Shown here piece after piece: positions 44,511 through 44,795 of a DNA stretch of 44,795 bases. The notes below the pieces were generated by a model. It was not told the origin of the DNA, searched no databases, and saw nothing but the letters and a program-made list of their open reading frames with translations. Numbering within the stretch: position 1 is the stretch's first letter; each line of letters opens with the position of its first letter. Source of the stretch: a virus; IMG/VR virus record IMGVR_UViG_3300034196_000067, positions 1 through 44,795 of that record. The stretch is one strand, 5' to 3'. The translations under genes were made by a program, and so were the position numbers.

Positions 44511-44795
44511 ATGCGAGAACAAGTCCTCTCGTTGCTCCAGCGATACTTGCCGGGATCTATCCGGCCGGGCGCTGGCGGCAACGTTCTACTGAAGTGTCCC
44601 TTTCACAAAGAGGGACAAGAACGTCGCCCTTCGTTTAGCGTGAATGTAGAGCTAGGGCTCTTTCACTGCTTCACTTGTCACACCGCCGGAGACATCAGGT
44701 ATCTCCTCCGACTCCTAGGTCTACCTCGAAGCAACATCGACGCAGAGCTGCATTCCATCCAAGCAGAGCTCGACTCCAACCGAGCAAAGCTGGAG
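44511..44795 (+). CDS. dnaG: DnaG-type DNA primase, N-terminal CHC2 zinc-finger domain (continues beyond window end)
   Basis: KCPFHKEGQERRPSFSVNVELGLFHCFTCHTAGD is the canonical CHC2 zinc-binding motif. ATG lies 6 codons downstream of, and in frame with, the dnaB TGA. Confidence 0.65.
   Translation, partial: MREQVLSLLQRYLPGSIRPGAGGNVLLKCPFHKEGQERRPSFSVNVELGLFHCFTCHTAGDIRYLLRLLGLPRSNIDAELHSIQAELDSNRAKLE

Noticed and set aside
1-44795. Search for tRNA genes, CRISPR repeats, integrase/att sites and IS elements
   Set aside because: None of the following was seen in the non-coding gaps: cloverleaf-like tRNA sequences, regularly spaced direct repeats, tyrosine/serine recombinase motifs, or terminal inverted repeats with transposase. 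The gaps are short and occupied by hairpin terminators or divergent promoter regions.

Overview
This 44.8 kb window is GC-rich (roughly 58-60% by eye) and gene-dense, and reads as part of a tailed dsDNA bacteriophage (Caudoviricetes-like) genome, either free phage or prophage interior. No integrase, tRNA, rRNA, CRISPR array or IS element was recognised, and both window ends cut through genes.

Most genes lie on the minus strand in long, translationally coupled runs (frequent ATGA/TGATG stop-start overlaps). Four plus-strand islands interrupt these runs, and their convergent ends carry rho-independent terminators that are the strongest structural signals in the window.

Functions I can support from recognisable motifs:
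- HK97-like major capsid protein (4510..5691, -), followed by a strong terminator.
- Large terminase subunit (13956..15758, -).
- A 701-aa portal-like protein (31917..34022, -).
- A 2103-aa single ORF (23668..29979, -) that is a fused bacterial-type beta/beta' multisubunit RNA polymerase. It has the beta motifs (GYNFEDG, RHGNKGI...LNPSGVPTRMNIGQ, GGQGFGSLE) followed by the beta' catalytic NADFDGD and trigger-loop/SGARGK-like motifs. It sits between the portal and the terminase among virion-type genes.
- A 79-aa sigma-70 region-4/GerE-like HTH protein encoded divergently just upstream of the polymerase.
- A replication/repair set: SF2 DEVH helicase, family-4 Fe-S uracil-DNA glycosylase, DnaB-type helicase, CHC2 zinc-finger DnaG-type primase (partial) and RNase HII.
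- Two tandem paralogous genes with Sec signal peptides and a DUF1565-like 'YVDPTNG.DSNPGT' right-handed beta-helix N-terminus, plus a third adjacent signal-peptide gene.

The most unusual pattern is a family of at least five small, basic, Gly/Ala-rich proteins scattered on both sides of the polymerase. They share an N-terminal motif about 10 residues from the start, roughly hydrophobic-F-F/L/A-D-E-L/F-x-K-I-A/S. I read this as a shared virion-targeting or cleavage signal on otherwise divergent cargo proteins, in the manner of T4 internal proteins.

Morphogenesis genes are also scattered (capsid about 5 kb, terminase about 15 kb, portal about 33 kb) rather than forming the canonical contiguous block. 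Taken together, the fused polymerase, the region-4-only sigma-like partner and the shared-signal family look like a lineage and transcription strategy not described for known phages.

The ORF track takes the most upstream ATG/GTG/TTG as start, so several starts were re-chosen using SD sequences and stop-start coupling. Many long antisense 'shadow' ORFs typical of high-GC DNA were rejected.
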